Below, piece by piece: positions 63,986-64,000 of a DNA stretch of 64,000 bases. The DNA is from Burkholderiaceae bacterium (lineage in GTDB: Bacteria > Pseudomonadota > Gammaproteobacteria > Burkholderiales > Burkholderiaceae_C). The DNA is taken from positions 1,220 through 65,219 of the forward strand of contig JBBKVW010000290.1 in NCBI GenBank assembly GCA_037968655.1, read 5' to 3'. The notes beneath the pieces are model-generated. The model worked only from the letters and a program-made list of their open reading frames with translations, did no database searches and was not told the DNA's origin. A program made the translations under genes and the position numbers. The first letter of the stretch is position 1, and every line of letters starts with the position of its first letter.

Positions 63986-64000
63986 TATTTCTGCTGCTTG

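Overview
GC-rich betaproteobacterial chromosomal segment, most likely Comamonadaceae (Rhodoferax/Polaromonas-like), judged from the fused aroA-cmk, the rpsA-ihfB-lapA-lapB block, and the Rieske oxygenase-xseB-ispA-dxs block. I saw no rRNA, tRNA, CRISPR array, transposase or integrase. Core genes are alaS (broken by an in-frame TAG in a patch that looks like sequencing noise), fhs, xseB, ispA, dxs, crcB, lapAB, ihfB, rpsA and aroA-cmk. The main accessory block (about 25-35 kb) is a tungsten system: an FdsR/ModE-like regulator, the tupBCA tungstate ABC transporter, an AcoR-like GAF-Fis regulator with no sigma54 ATPase domain, and an aorABCDE aldehyde oxidoreductase operon. An orphan SenA/EgtB-like non-heme iron enzyme sits directly beside it. 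Other notable loci: an ArsR-controlled SRPBCC-GST fusion plus VOC protein with a perfect operator palindrome; an ECF sigma with an ankyrin-tailed anti-sigma and a matching promoter; a Bug solute-binding gene collapsed by an in-frame deletion; a pyroglutamate-type TRAP transporter next to a 5-oxoprolinase; and an actinobacterial-looking amidase. All calls come from motif recognition and recall of protein families; no searches were run.
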